IMG/VR virus record: IMGVR_UViG_3300044678_002717
Span: 9,600 to 73,599 of that record
Source: a virus
Direction: 5' to 3' (one strand)
Length of the DNA stretch: 64,000 bases
The number at the start of each line of letters is the position of its first letter. Within the stretch, counting starts at the first letter, position 1. Of the stretch, positions 22,101 to 31,983 are shown in pieces. The translations under genes and the position numbers were made by a program. The notes under the pieces are model-generated. The model saw only the letters and a program-made list of their open reading frames with translations. It had not been told where the DNA came from and did no database searches.

Positions 22101-22734
22101 AAAAGAATTAAAAGACAATCCCGATATGCTTGGTGAATACAATGTTGCTCGTTATGTTAATAATTTTAACAAGCGTGTAACTGCTTTATTAACCGTATTC
22201 TCTCAAAAAGTAAGAGATACATTAATAAAAGAAAAACCAATGGATAGGGAATATTATGGTGATAATGAAATTCAACTTGTAAATTTTGATAGAGACTCAA
22301 TCGAAGATTTCTTTTACTTAGAAGAAAAAGAAGTTAAGTTTTGGAATAGAACAGGACTTAGACCTGATGATATATTTAAAGAATTTAAATGTGATTATGA
22401 ATTAAAATCACAACAATACTATGATAAATATGTTGAAATTAAAGACAAAATGAAAAGATTAGGTATAACAAGTAGATTGAGAATGCAACATCAAAGATAT
22501 AAGAATGATGATATTGTATTGTTATTAAAAAAGAGTTATACAATTGATAATATATCAATTGATTTAAATTATAGTAAATATCTTTCAAGTGAAAATGTTT
22601 ATTTACCTTTAAAAGGATATAAAGATTTATATACAATTTACAAACAAACTAAATCTAAAAAAATAACTGAAATAAATAAATTCTTTATTGCTAAAGTTAT
22701 TGATGGTAATTTACAAATTATTAAACAAGTTTAA
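19102..22734 (+). CDS. polB: Family B DNA polymerase with 3'-5' exonuclease
   Basis: FDIETTG, YNSEDFD, YLEDD; DYAGLYPSI, KILNNSNFG, EDTDG, RKNYA. Confidence 0.95.
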   Translation: MAVKEKITYKTFKDEEIEKFLNGKNVNQKHIVCIQGSNYSNEVYLVIDDNENKQKYSKKDEYRPFIYVKDLDKLKIPFYKDNLEAKLENKDKYRISYKRLRTTDNNGAVVDRLENGYKYIFYTDSAYGMRDLLLFFRHGGIDIFWKKDESFTTKLFIPEIKGDEPFIYDSENEYIIYNTVSENYELIIKDIHKVVYNSIQIKYSGEFEEENIIDDDNDFDDFIEEKPKQKEKNNLLKKLGLFHNYEIFHDNDVYRIIFKDKLKAGEKISVNYQLSNKNLFYTLKPEEQYLIQKGIRMFNGYKTYDDVHKFVFDIETTGLNPSKDRIFAIGSKDNRNFVSIDFVKEMNNDDEEKKLIINLFKIIDRLKPSIIFGYNSEDFDFNFILKRAELLNINIEELKTTYKNDKSIRRLENSSLKVGNETKYYTKTSMYGYNVLDIIHAVWKTQAINSNMKEAGLKYVCKFAGIAKPNRMYVKNGAKIYEMWKENKFYINKSETNDYELIPDEYQNNTISYLEINPEYDEIITGKKIIEQYLEDDLWETLQVDKIYNESTFMLSKLLPTTLERTATIGGAGSWNLIMTAWSYENNLAIPVTPNKRDFTGGLSRTFKVGYFENIYKEDYAGLYPSIQLEHYVFPRHDVTNILFRLLSYFKFTRDKYKKWAKDETLPEAERKFYDALQLPIKILNNSNFGAFGSEYFNWADFDCAERITCTGRQYLRRMIHYFMQFGAIPITEDTDGCNFSVPEYTNIDLDFNVLSTPIKIDDLTYEYEGIIYKGVDAMVEKFNNDIIAGQYMKLDNDGMWISAANFARKNYANLEYSTLEDKNKKKIFNIPKEYLENEINYLEEYAQNNNYSGEHIKNLKIKKSKPKVTGNTIKSKTMPEYIEDFVNQAIKLILTNKPKEFIEFYYEYLTKIYCKQIPIKKIASKSRLKQTVEEYQNRGTDINGKSKAKQAHMELVIANNINTSGMDFIYYVNNGTAKSHGDVSINKKTGMYNSYVITEKELKDNPDMLGEYNVARYVNNFNKRVTALLTVFSQKVRDTLIKEKPMDREYYGDNEIQLVNFDRDSIEDFFYLEEKEVKFWNRTGLRPDDIFKEFKCDYELKSQQYYDKYVEIKDKMKRLGITSRLRMQHQRYKNDDIVLLLKKSYTIDNISIDLNYSKYLSSENVYLPLKGYKDLYTIYKQTKSKKITEINKFFIAKVIDGNLQIIKQV

Positions 22735-25700
22735 TATTGGTCAGTTTGTGCATCCCTTACTGATGTAAACCTTTTATTATCTTTATATCTTCCACTATTA
22801 AATGATGTATTAGCAATAAATGCGGAATCATTAGCAGTTTGAATTCTATCAATTGGACCTTTAAGAGATTGACCACCAAGAAGAGTTAAATCCATCGTTA
22901 TATTACAATACAATGGAATAACACCCATTCCTTCAGGATTTAAATCCCATGTTGCTTCGCTTATATCAAAATTAATTGACCTTGCAATTGCTTTTGTATG
23001 TAAAAAATCACCATAACGAAGAATAAATACAGGCATTTTACCAAATACAATATTATTTACTTTACTATTATCTCCTAATTTAGATGGTCTTGTTAATTGA
23101 TGTAAAAATACATAACGCTTTGTAAAATCAAATGGTGTTTGACTATTAAATGAAGGTGTAAATACTTTTAATTTTTCATAACCAATAGGAAATTTATGGT
23201 TTTTTTTTAATTTATCAAATTTTAAACTTAATATAGGGTCACAATCTGCACCACTAGCAGGAAGAGTTGGATTAGATGGAGCAGGATTTATATTTATAGT
23301 TGTTGTTATTGGTGTTATAAGTTGACTTGTAAGTAAAGAAGATGGAAGTACAAATGGGTCTTCAATATATGTAAAATCAACAAGAGATGCTTTTCTTTTT
23401 TTAGCATATTTTATGTCGTGTCTTCTTACCATGATTTCATCAGATACAATTGATTCAAATATTGTATCTTTTTCCACCTTTTTGGTTTCAATTTTTATTG
23501 ATACTTTACAAAAACTATTTGTACCTTGTCTACTAGAGTGTGTAAAATTACTTTCAAATTCATAAGATTTATCTAACCCTATTCTTAATAAATAATTTTG
23601 ATTACTTTCTAATTCATCAAGAAAATCATTTATTTTTAATGGTGCAGTTAAACCTACAACAGGAAGAAAACTATCAAAAAATTGTAATTCATCATACAAT
23701 TTTTTAGTATCATTAGTGGCATTAGGATTATCATTATTATCTGTTAATAATGATTCGATAAATCTTATAGCATGTATATATGCAATTTGTTTATTAGTAT
23801 ATCCATTATCGTTTCTATTATTTGCAAACTTATCACATTCATCATTTGTAAAGTTTTCATCACCTTGCGTACAACTTATAGTCATATTAATTTCAGTAGA
23901 TGTTCTTAATAATTCATCTAATGTTTCTGCAAATATTTTTTGAATAGATGTTGCACTTATAACATTAGCAGAATCATCAGTAAATCTTTGATTATATGTC
24001 AACCCTGATAATTCAATATTAGTAAACTCAGTATCGCCTGTGGCATCAAGTTTATTATCAATAGTTGTATAAACAGGGGAATCATTATAAATAAGACCTT
24101 GAATTCTTTTATCCCCATCCATTCTAAAAGGTTTAAAATAATAAAAAATATCTTTTTCTGTAATTCCTGAAAAATTAAAATTTTTAGGTTGATTTTTAAT
24201 TTTTTTTGGTTTATTATTGCTAGTAATTGCTGCACTATTATTAAAAGCTTGAGCAAGAGCATTAGGATTAATAACAATAGGAGGTTGGGTTGTAAAAGTA
24301 ACAGACTGTGGCACAACTTGATTACAAGCATATATATAATTATAATAATTTTGTATTGTCGGAGCGATATTTTGTATATCGCTAACAGTATCAATTAACA
24401 AACTAAATGATAAACTTAAATTTCTTGTTGTATTTTGATATGAATAAATTGGTTCAGGTCTTCCAAGAAAATTAATTTCAGACCAATTTACTTGATTATT
24501 ATCACTAATTTTTACATTATATGGAACAAACCACATCCATTTTCCACCATTTGGACCTATATCACAATCTTCAGCATTACCACCTGTAGCTAAATTTTCC
24601 ATTGTAAAGAAAAAATTTCTTTTTTCCTCCTTATCTGCTCCTGAATCATTAGGTGCTACTTTTGGTAATATGGTATCTTTTAATACTGAATGGGTTTCAC
24701 CATTACCATCAAATTTTATTACTTTATTATAATTATCATATTGGTCATAAATTGTAAATGTTCTACATTCTCCATTTCCCTTATAAAATTGTTTGCTATT
24801 TGCATATAATTCTTTGGTATTTTGAGCAATTGCTAAGTCTTCATTTTGTGCAAGTCTAGAAGTAAAATACACAAGACCTCTTTTAACACCAAATTTAGTA
24901 TTTATTGTAGAAGCAGATTTTGAATCATAATGATAAACATTACCTTCATTTAAATAACTATCTCTATTAGTAACACTAGGATTAGTTGTTTCTTTTCTTA
25001 AAGCAATAGAACTATTAGCCCTGTTAAGGGTGGCAATATAATCTAATTCTGTAGATAAATTACCAAAACCTTGTGCAACTTCTAAATCCTTTAATTCTAA
25101 AAGATAATTTTTTGTAAGTGAATTTATTTGTAATGGATAATTTTTAAAATATGATTTAGTATAAATTCCATAAATTGCGTTTATTTCATATAAACCTTGA
25201 CTATAATCAGGGTCAGAATTATCTATAAAATCTCTGTCATATGTATTAAAGAAAACCAAAGATTTATTTTCAAAATCAATTTTACTCGTGTTCTTAACAT
25301 TATAAGTTGAAAATACTGAATTATCATTTAATTGTAATATTTTTTCTTTAATCATATCACCTGAATAAAGATAATTTATATTAGACTCGTAATCTTGAAT
25401 TGATATTATATTTTTATCTAATTTTTTATAAAGACCCTTTAAATAACTTTCATTATCAATATAACCAATTGTATTTTGTAAAAGTTTATTTGCAACAGAT
25501 TTGTTTGGGTCTTTAAGAGGGTCTGTTATATAAGAATCTGCTCTTTTATATTCGGTATTTTTAAAAAATTTTCTAAAATTTGGTGTTAAATCAGTAGGTG
25601 TCGGTATTAAATCATCAAAATTTCTAGTTAATGCTCTTCTATTAAATTCAGTTACTAATCTTCTAGCACCTATTGTAACAATTTTACTATCAGCACTAAC

Positions 25701-25892
25701 ATCAACAAGTCTTTCAATAATATCTAATGTATCGTTTGTTCTATAATCATAACCTGTTAAAGTTTGTAAAGCATTTAAGCTTTGAGTAACAGCATCACTT
25801 GTTAAATCATAAGCAGAATCTATTTTATAAAGATTTTTCTGTAATGATTCAGGTCTTTCAATATCTGCAATATTTAAAATTGGACTAGGCAT
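22731..25892 (-). CDS. Large late structural protein, probable baseplate/tail-tube-initiator-like
   Basis: WSEINFLGRPEPIYSYQNTTRNLSLSF and PVFILRYGDF...WDLNPEG; late motif upstream. Confidence 0.55.
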   Translation of the reverse strand: MPSPILNIADIERPESLQKNLYKIDSAYDLTSDAVTQSLNALQTLTGYDYRTNDTLDIIERLVDVSADSKIVTIGARRLVTEFNRRALTRNFDDLIPTPTDLTPNFRKFFKNTEYKRADSYITDPLKDPNKSVANKLLQNTIGYIDNESYLKGLYKKLDKNIISIQDYESNINYLYSGDMIKEKILQLNDNSVFSTYNVKNTSKIDFENKSLVFFNTYDRDFIDNSDPDYSQGLYEINAIYGIYTKSYFKNYPLQINSLTKNYLLELKDLEVAQGFGNLSTELDYIATLNRANSSIALRKETTNPSVTNRDSYLNEGNVYHYDSKSASTINTKFGVKRGLVYFTSRLAQNEDLAIAQNTKELYANSKQFYKGNGECRTFTIYDQYDNYNKVIKFDGNGETHSVLKDTILPKVAPNDSGADKEEKRNFFFTMENLATGGNAEDCDIGPNGGKWMWFVPYNVKISDNNQVNWSEINFLGRPEPIYSYQNTTRNLSLSFSLLIDTVSDIQNIAPTIQNYYNYIYACNQVVPQSVTFTTQPPIVINPNALAQAFNNSAAITSNNKPKKIKNQPKNFNFSGITEKDIFYYFKPFRMDGDKRIQGLIYNDSPVYTTIDNKLDATGDTEFTNIELSGLTYNQRFTDDSANVISATSIQKIFAETLDELLRTSTEINMTISCTQGDENFTNDECDKFANNRNDNGYTNKQIAYIHAIRFIESLLTDNNDNPNATNDTKKLYDELQFFDSFLPVVGLTAPLKINDFLDELESNQNYLLRIGLDKSYEFESNFTHSSRQGTNSFCKVSIKIETKKVEKDTIFESIVSDEIMVRRHDIKYAKKRKASLVDFTYIEDPFVLPSSLLTSQLITPITTTININPAPSNPTLPASGADCDPILSLKFDKLKKNHKFPIGYEKLKVFTPSFNSQTPFDFTKRYVFLHQLTRPSKLGDNSKVNNIVFGKMPVFILRYGDFLHTKAIARSINFDISEATWDLNPEGMGVIPLYCNITMDLTLLGGQSLKGPIDRIQTANDSAFIANTSFNSGRYKDNKRFTSVRDAQTDQY

Positions 25893-25962
25893 TAATCTTT
25901 TTTCATAAATAGCGTATTTTATTTGTTATAGTAAATTTAAAAAAAAGTTTTATATTTGTCTT

Positions 25963-26601
25963 ATGAAAGCAGAACTCTTATCCCATTTTGGAAGTGACTT
26001 GACCATAACTAACACAGCAAGAGTGAGTTATGGAAAACAAGTTGATGAATTTACAGAAAAAGATATTAAACTAATTAACTATCTTGTTAAACACGGTCAT
26101 ACTTCACCATTTAGACATTGTAGTTTACAATTTAGAATTAATTGTCCAATCTATGTTGAAAGACAATTATTTAAACATCAAGTTGGTTGGGCAGCAAATT
26201 CTATTTCAGGTCGCTATGTAGACTTTTCTGATACATATTCAACTGTTACTGAATGGAGAAAACAATCCGCATCTTCTAAACAAGGTAGTGAAGGTACTGT
26301 TGAAAATCAATTAGCCTGTAAACATATTGAACAAAGAGTTATTGATACTTGTAGAGAAGCATATTCAATGCTTTTATCATTGGGTGTATCAAAAGAACAA
26401 GCAAGAACTGTCCTACCATTGAATTTAAATACAACATTTATTTGGACAGGTTCTTTTCAAGCATTTGTTCATCTTTGTAATCTTCGCTTAAAGCCTGATG
26501 CTCAACAGGAAACAAGAGAGGTTGTTGCTGAAATGCTTGAATGTGTAAAAAATATTGAAAATAATCCATTTCAGCATAGTCTTGCAGCATTTGGGTTTTA
26601 A
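25963..26601 (+). CDS. thyX: FAD-dependent thymidylate synthase
   Basis: ARVSY, HTSPFRH, RQLFKH..SISGRY, ARTVLP, LRL..AQQETR. Confidence 0.93.
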   Translation: MKAELLSHFGSDLTITNTARVSYGKQVDEFTEKDIKLINYLVKHGHTSPFRHCSLQFRINCPIYVERQLFKHQVGWAANSISGRYVDFSDTYSTVTEWRKQSASSKQGSEGTVENQLACKHIEQRVIDTCREAYSMLLSLGVSKEQARTVLPLNLNTTFIWTGSFQAFVHLCNLRLKPDAQQETREVVAEMLECVKNIENNPFQHSLAAFGF

Positions 26602-26621
26602 AAAAATTGTATATTTGAATT

Positions 26622-27173
26622 ATGAATAAACTAGAAAACAAAATTTCCTCACTAAAGGAATATCAAGAACTTGCTCAAAGAACTTGTGCTGATTTAGATA
26701 ATAAAAAACTTAATAATCTTCACATGAAGATGGGATTGATTACTGAACTTGCTGAAGCAATTGATGTATATAAAAAGAAAATTGCATATAAAAAGGATAT
26801 TGATTATGTTAATCTTCAAGAAGAATTGATAGGTGATACTCTTTTTTACGCAGTTAACTATTGCAGAATCAATAAGTTAGCATTACCTGTAATGCCTGAA
26901 TCATTATGGGAAAGTCAAAAACCTTCATATACTGAAGAGCAATATGTAAAACATTTGATTGATTTATTAAAATTGGCAATGAAGCCAAAAAAAAATATTT
27001 CAATGATAATGATTAAAATATTTATTTTATCATATTATCTTAATTTTGATTTTTATCAATCGTTGACAAATAACATTAATAAACTTATGGTTCGTTATCC
27101 TGAAAAATTTGATACTAATAAAGCTGTCAATAGGGATTTAAAAACCGAAAGAAAAAGACTTGAGGATAAATAA
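26622..27173 (+). CDS. MazG-like NTP pyrophosphohydrolase
   Basis: GLITELAEAID.YKK, EELIGDTLFY, NINKLMVRYP. Confidence 0.8.
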   Translation: MNKLENKISSLKEYQELAQRTCADLDNKKLNNLHMKMGLITELAEAIDVYKKKIAYKKDIDYVNLQEELIGDTLFYAVNYCRINKLALPVMPESLWESQKPSYTEEQYVKHLIDLLKLAMKPKKNISMIMIKIFILSYYLNFDFYQSLTNNINKLMVRYPEKFDTNKAVNRDLKTERKRLEDK

Positions 27174-27380
27174 GTGAAATTAGTTACACTCAGTAGAATA
27201 TTAGGCAGACAAGGACTCATCAGAAATTTTAATTTATCAAAAATAAAAAATAAATTAAGAGAAGAAGATGAATTCACAAGTGGGTGTGTTTGCACAAATA
27301 TGGAAAGATATTATAATATTGATGAAAGAGACCAAAATAAAATTATTGATAAAAAAAGATATAGATATTTAAAAGTTTAA
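27174..27380 (+). CDS. Hypothetical protein
   Basis: GTG start abutting the upstream stop. Confidence 0.45.
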   Translation: MKLVTLSRILGRQGLIRNFNLSKIKNKLREEDEFTSGCVCTNMERYYNIDERDQNKIIDKKRYRYLKV

Positions 27381-27387
27381 AAATCCT

Positions 27388-28776
27388 ATGAACAATAATC
27401 TTCGCTTCCCAATTTCTGAAATTGCTCAAGAACTTTATTTACGAATGGTTTTTTTTGCTAAAAGTGCAAATACCAATCATGACCATCAAGAAGGTGATAT
27501 TACTTTTATTGATGAACCAAATAAGTATGAGTTGAGATTTAATAATTATCAGAAATATTTAAAAAAGGGTAGTGATAGTGATAGTATTCATGCCACTTTC
27601 TATAGTGCATTTCATCATGTAACAGAAAAAGGTCATTCAATTATTTTAACTCTTACTGAATTTAAAAGTAGAAGACTTTCTTTTTCAGGGGAACATCTTA
27701 AAATGAGAAAAGAAGGGTATGAATATTTTTGTTATCCATTTAAAAAAAATGTATCATTTGTTTTTATTTCACCAAGTGGTTCAATAAAATTTAATTTACA
27801 ATCATCAAATAAAGTAATATGGCTTTCATTGAGTAATATTAAAAATTTTCCTTTTAGTTATTTTGGTATTAATGATAGTGATGCAAAAATTAATCTTAGT
27901 TGTAAACTCTTATTTAATAATAAAAAAAATGAATGGTGTGAAAATCATATAAAAAGAATAACAAGTAAAGACGATATGTTTAGTTTAGCAACTAAAACCA
28001 ACTTTACTAAAACAATTTATGGTACTTGTTCTAATCTTCAACAGTTTATTAATAAAATTAAAACCATTGATGAACCCTTATCATATAAACAATTTAGTGA
28101 TTTGTCATTTGATGATATATATGAAATAATGTCAATTGCACCTATCTTTAAAAATCCTGTTAATTTTATTGGTAAATTTAAAGAGTTTAAAAAACTTTCA
28201 AATAAAAGTTCTAATTATAGGACTTACTTTGATGATTTAGTTAAAATTGCCAATGAAACCGATAATAAGATTAATTTCTCATTGAATGAATCTAATATCA
28301 AAGAACAACATGATAAAATGTTATTGGAGAATCTTGATAAGATGAAAGCAAAACCAATTCATGTTGATGATAAATTTCTTGTCTTGGAAAATTATTTACC
28401 AAAAGAATTTAAAATTATTAAAACAGGTAAAGAACTTTTATTTGAAGGTCTTACTCAAAAACATTGCGTGAATAGTTATTCAAGTAATATCAATAGAGGT
28501 GAGTGTTGTATTATAACAACTCAATATAATGATAGAAGATATACTGCTGAAATTAGATTTGGTAAAAGTTGGCTTGCTGATGATAGTAAACCTAAATATA
28601 TAATAAACCAATTTAAGGGTTATGCTAATATATCAGCACCAAAAGCATTAGAAGCTGAAATAAATAGCATTATTGATATTGTTAATGAAAAAGAATTAAA
28701 GATAAAAAAGAAAAAGGAGGTATTTAATACCTCCCATAATTATGAAGTTGTTGAATATATTGATAATCCTTTTTAA
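27388..28776 (+). CDS. PcfJ-like domain protein
   Basis: C-terminal LLFEGLTQKHCVNSY...YTAEI...QFKGYAN. Confidence 0.75.
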   Translation: MNNNLRFPISEIAQELYLRMVFFAKSANTNHDHQEGDITFIDEPNKYELRFNNYQKYLKKGSDSDSIHATFYSAFHHVTEKGHSIILTLTEFKSRRLSFSGEHLKMRKEGYEYFCYPFKKNVSFVFISPSGSIKFNLQSSNKVIWLSLSNIKNFPFSYFGINDSDAKINLSCKLLFNNKKNEWCENHIKRITSKDDMFSLATKTNFTKTIYGTCSNLQQFINKIKTIDEPLSYKQFSDLSFDDIYEIMSIAPIFKNPVNFIGKFKEFKKLSNKSSNYRTYFDDLVKIANETDNKINFSLNESNIKEQHDKMLLENLDKMKAKPIHVDDKFLVLENYLPKEFKIIKTGKELLFEGLTQKHCVNSYSSNINRGECCIITTQYNDRRYTAEIRFGKSWLADDSKPKYIINQFKGYANISAPKALEAEINSIIDIVNEKELKIKKKKEVFNTSHNYEVVEYIDNPF

Positions 28777-28781
28777 TTAAT

Positions 28782-29642
28782 TTAAAATCCACCTTGGCTT
28801 CTTTTTTTACCCATAGGGTCGGTGTATATATCTTTTTCTCTATAAGGTTTATCTGACATAAAAGAAGATTCATTAATAACTGCAAAATTAATAGAAATAT
28901 AATCCATTCCATTTACATTAAAATATTCATCATAACCCCAATTAGAATAATTTTCTTCGGGATGTTCTGTTAATGCATAATTATTTGGATTTGCTGAAAA
29001 AAACTTTTCAATCCTATTTTTTATTTCAGGCACATTTAATCTTCTTAAAAACATAGCAACATTATAAGAATCATTTTTACCACCCCTAGTGTTTAATTTA
29101 TCACTTTTTTCTATTCTACCTAATAAATGAACTTTAAAAAATAAATGTTTCCTACCCTTTGTATTATCAGATGTAGAAGTGTAAATATGTCTAAATTCAG
29201 GACTCACTTCTACTGATTTAACATCAAGACCTTGTAAATAATTTTCCAATCTTTTTGCTAACTCTATATCAGAATCTGTTACATCAATTTCACCTTTAGG
29301 AGAAAACATGCTATAACCTTTTTTTACAATAACTTCTTCTCTAATTATCCTTTTAACTAACCCTCTTAATTGAGATTCTCCAATAGTTGTCGTACCCATT
29401 TTTACTTTATCAGGTTGTAATAACATTGCATGAATAGTTGGTTTATCTGAATTTTTTATATCTCTATTTAAATCCATATTGTTTAATATTTGTACTGCTG
29501 AGAAATTATTTTTTATATTTTGAATTTCTTGTGGGTTAAATCCTTTCTTGGCTAATTCTGTATATTTAATTTCTACATTTTCTCTAATCATTTTTCTAAC
29601 CAATCCTTTCAATTGGGATTCAGTAATTCTTACTTTTTTCAT
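28782..29642 (-). CDS. MKKVRITESQL-leader protein (two leader copies)
   Basis: N-terminal leader plus internal GESQLRGLVKRIIREE; late motif at 29661-29670. Confidence 0.8.
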   Translation of the reverse strand: MKKVRITESQLKGLVRKMIRENVEIKYTELAKKGFNPQEIQNIKNNFSAVQILNNMDLNRDIKNSDKPTIHAMLLQPDKVKMGTTTIGESQLRGLVKRIIREEVIVKKGYSMFSPKGEIDVTDSDIELAKRLENYLQGLDVKSVEVSPEFRHIYTSTSDNTKGRKHLFFKVHLLGRIEKSDKLNTRGGKNDSYNVAMFLRRLNVPEIKNRIEKFFSANPNNYALTEHPEENYSNWGYDEYFNVNGMDYISINFAVINESSFMSDKPYREKDIYTDPMGKKRSQGGF

Positions 29643-29672
29643 ATAAAATTCTTATTTATTATAAATAGTTAT

Positions 29673-29963
29673 TTAGTAACTTTTTTGTATTATTGGGTAT
29701 ATTTGATTCCCCTTACCATCAGAAACAATAATAGTATCATTAGGATAATCTTTTTTTACATCCTCATAATAGCGAAAAACATTATTAGGATTTAGTGTCG
29801 TAAAACTTTTTTTACTTTCTTTTGCTGTGATAATATAAGGAGCAGGGTTACTCTTAACTAAATCTTCAATAGTTCTTTTAATTACATCCATAGTTAATTC
29901 TTCTTTAATTAATTTTTTAACCATTCCTCTTAATTGAGATTCAGTAATTCTTACTTTTTTCAT
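29673..29963 (-). CDS. MKKVRITESQL-leader protein
   Basis: Leader and 5' region nearly identical to the neighbouring gene. Confidence 0.8.
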   Translation of the reverse strand: MKKVRITESQLRGMVKKLIKEELTMDVIKRTIEDLVKSNPAPYIITAKESKKSFTTLNPNNVFRYYEDVKKDYPNDTIIVSDGKGNQIYPIIQKSY

Positions 29964-30025
29964 ATAAAATTCTTATTTATTATAAATAGTTATTGTTTAT
30001 AATTCACCTTACTATTTAAATAAAA

Positions 30026-30730
30026 ATGTTTTTAAATAGATTACTAACCATTGTAATACCTTGTAAAAATGAAGGTCTTACAATAAAAAAAACATTATCA
30101 CTATTAAATCAACAATTTGATATTCATGGTGTTGATGTAATCATTGCAGATTCATCTGATGATAATATTACAAAACATATTATTGAGTCTGAATCAAATA
30201 AGAACATAAATATTAATATTGTAGAAGGTGGTTTACCTGCTATTGCAAGAAACAATGGTTCAGATTTTGTAACAACAAAATATGTTTTGTTTTTAGATGC
30301 TGATATATTTTTAGAGAATAAATATATATTACATAATATTGTATCTGATATAGATTTTAATAAATTAGATTTAGCAACTTGTAAAATAAGAACTAAAGAT
30401 ATATACACTATTGTTTTTATTTTATTTGATATTATTCGTTCATTTATAATTAAAAAAACACCTTTCGCAGTAGGTGGATTTATGTTGTTTAATTATCAAA
30501 CATTTAAACAACTTGATAAATTTAATGAGAATGATAAAATAGCTGAAGATTATCATCTATCAAAAAAAGTTAATCCAACTAAATTTAAAATCTTTAACTA
30601 TAAAACATTCACAACTTCAAGAAGATTTGAATCAAAAGGTATTTTTTATATGATAAAAATAATGTTATCTTGTTGGTTTAATAAAGATAATGAAGAATTC
30701 TATAAAAAAGATTTTAATTATTTTAATTAA
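30026..30730 (+). CDS. Family 2 glycosyltransferase
   Basis: IVIPCKNE, DSSDD, ARNNG, FLDAD, AEDY, TSRRF. Confidence 0.9.
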   Translation: MFLNRLLTIVIPCKNEGLTIKKTLSLLNQQFDIHGVDVIIADSSDDNITKHIIESESNKNININIVEGGLPAIARNNGSDFVTTKYVLFLDADIFLENKYILHNIVSDIDFNKLDLATCKIRTKDIYTIVFILFDIIRSFIIKKTPFAVGGFMLFNYQTFKQLDKFNENDKIAEDYHLSKKVNPTKFKIFNYKTFTTSRRFESKGIFYMIKIMLSCWFNKDNEEFYKKDFNYFN

Positions 30731-31444
30731 ATGAAATTTAAAACCATCATATTATCTGATGTTCATTTAGGTTCAAAAGCATCAAGAACAAAAGATGTTT
30801 TAAAATTCTTAGATGAAAATACCTGTGATAGATTAATTCTAAATGGTGATATAATTGATATGTGGGCATTAAAAAGAGGTGGTAAATGGAAAGAATCTCA
30901 TTCAAAATTTATAAAGAAAATATTAAAAATAGCTAAGAAAAAAGAAGTTATTTATCTAATAGGTAATCACGATGATTTCTTACATAAATTCCAACCACTA
31001 CATCTACCTAATATAAAATTATTAAAAGAATATATATTAACTGATTCTAATAATAAAAAACTTTATATCTTTCATGGTGATGTTCTTGATATTTTTATTA
31101 CTAAAATAAAATGGTTAGCTGTAATTGGTTCAATTGGTTATGATATAGCACTATGGCTTAATAGAATGTATAATTGGTATAGAGAAAAAAGAAATCTACC
31201 ATATTACTCAATTTCAAAAGAAATAAAAAATAAAATAAAAAGCGCAGTTAACTTTATTAATGACTTTGAAGACAATGCTATTAATTTAGCTAAATTAAAA
31301 AATTGTGATATAGCAGTATGTGGTCATATTCATCAACCTGATTTAAAAGAAAATTATATGAACTCAGGAGATTGGTGCGAAAACTGCACAGCATTGGTTG
31401 AAACACTAGATGGAAAATGGGAAATATTTCATTTTCATAAATAA
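30731..31444 (+). CDS. UDP-2,3-diacylglucosamine hydrolase / PlcP-like metallophosphoesterase
   Basis: SDVHLG, GDIID, GNHD, HGD, CGHIH, NSGDWCE. Confidence 0.85.
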   Translation: MKFKTIILSDVHLGSKASRTKDVLKFLDENTCDRLILNGDIIDMWALKRGGKWKESHSKFIKKILKIAKKKEVIYLIGNHDDFLHKFQPLHLPNIKLLKEYILTDSNNKKLYIFHGDVLDIFITKIKWLAVIGSIGYDIALWLNRMYNWYREKRNLPYYSISKEIKNKIKSAVNFINDFEDNAINLAKLKNCDIAVCGHIHQPDLKENYMNSGDWCENCTALVETLDGKWEIFHFHK

Positions 31445-31445
31445 A

Positions 31446-31486
31446 AAAGAAGATTGGTACGATGTATACCGTACCGACTATCTTTT
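31446..31486. terminator. Probable bidirectional terminator
   Basis: GGTACG/CGTACC stem flanked by A and T runs between convergent genes. Confidence 0.55.
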
Positions 31487-31504
31487 AAATGTTGATTAGT
31501 GAAT

Positions 31505-31939
31505 TTAGAAGTTAAACCCTTTTCTAAGTTGTCTTGAGTACCTTCTGTCTGTTGTTAAATATTTCCACAATTCTTCATTACTCATTCCCATAATAGGACT
31601 AGATGCACCACTCATTCTAGCATTTGTCCTTTGGTACTCATTTCGTCCTTTATTAGCAAGCCAAGAATTAATAATTTGTTTACCATCTTTACTTAATTGA
31701 TAAAGTTCACCATCTTGTGCAAAATCACTATCATTAATATCGGTTGAATAAGTCCAATAATCAGGGCTATACACAGAATCATCATCTTCATCTGAATAAT
31801 AAGCATCAGTTCTACCTATATATGCTCTTTCAGTATCACTAAAATAATCTTCATTTATTAAGTTTTTTTTAGTTTCTTCTTTAATCATTTTTCTAATCAA
31901 TCCTTTCAATTGGGATTCTGTAATTCTTACTTTTCTCAT
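31505..31939 (-). CDS. MRKVRITESQL-leader protein
   Basis: Start corrected to the ATG at 31939; late motif at 31958-31968. Confidence 0.8.
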   Translation of the reverse strand: MRKVRITESQLKGLIRKMIKEETKKNLINEDYFSDTERAYIGRTDAYYSDEDDDSVYSPDYWTYSTDINDSDFAQDGELYQLSKDGKQIINSWLANKGRNEYQRTNARMSGASSPIMGMSNEELWKYLTTDRRYSRQLRKGFNF

Positions 31940-31983
31940 ATAAATATTTATTTTTATATAAATAGTTATCATATATTTGCTTT

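Noticed and set aside
8000-22734. Inteins or introns in terL or polB
   Set aside because: No C...HN splice junctions or LAGLIDADG motifs; catalytic motifs lie in uninterrupted frames
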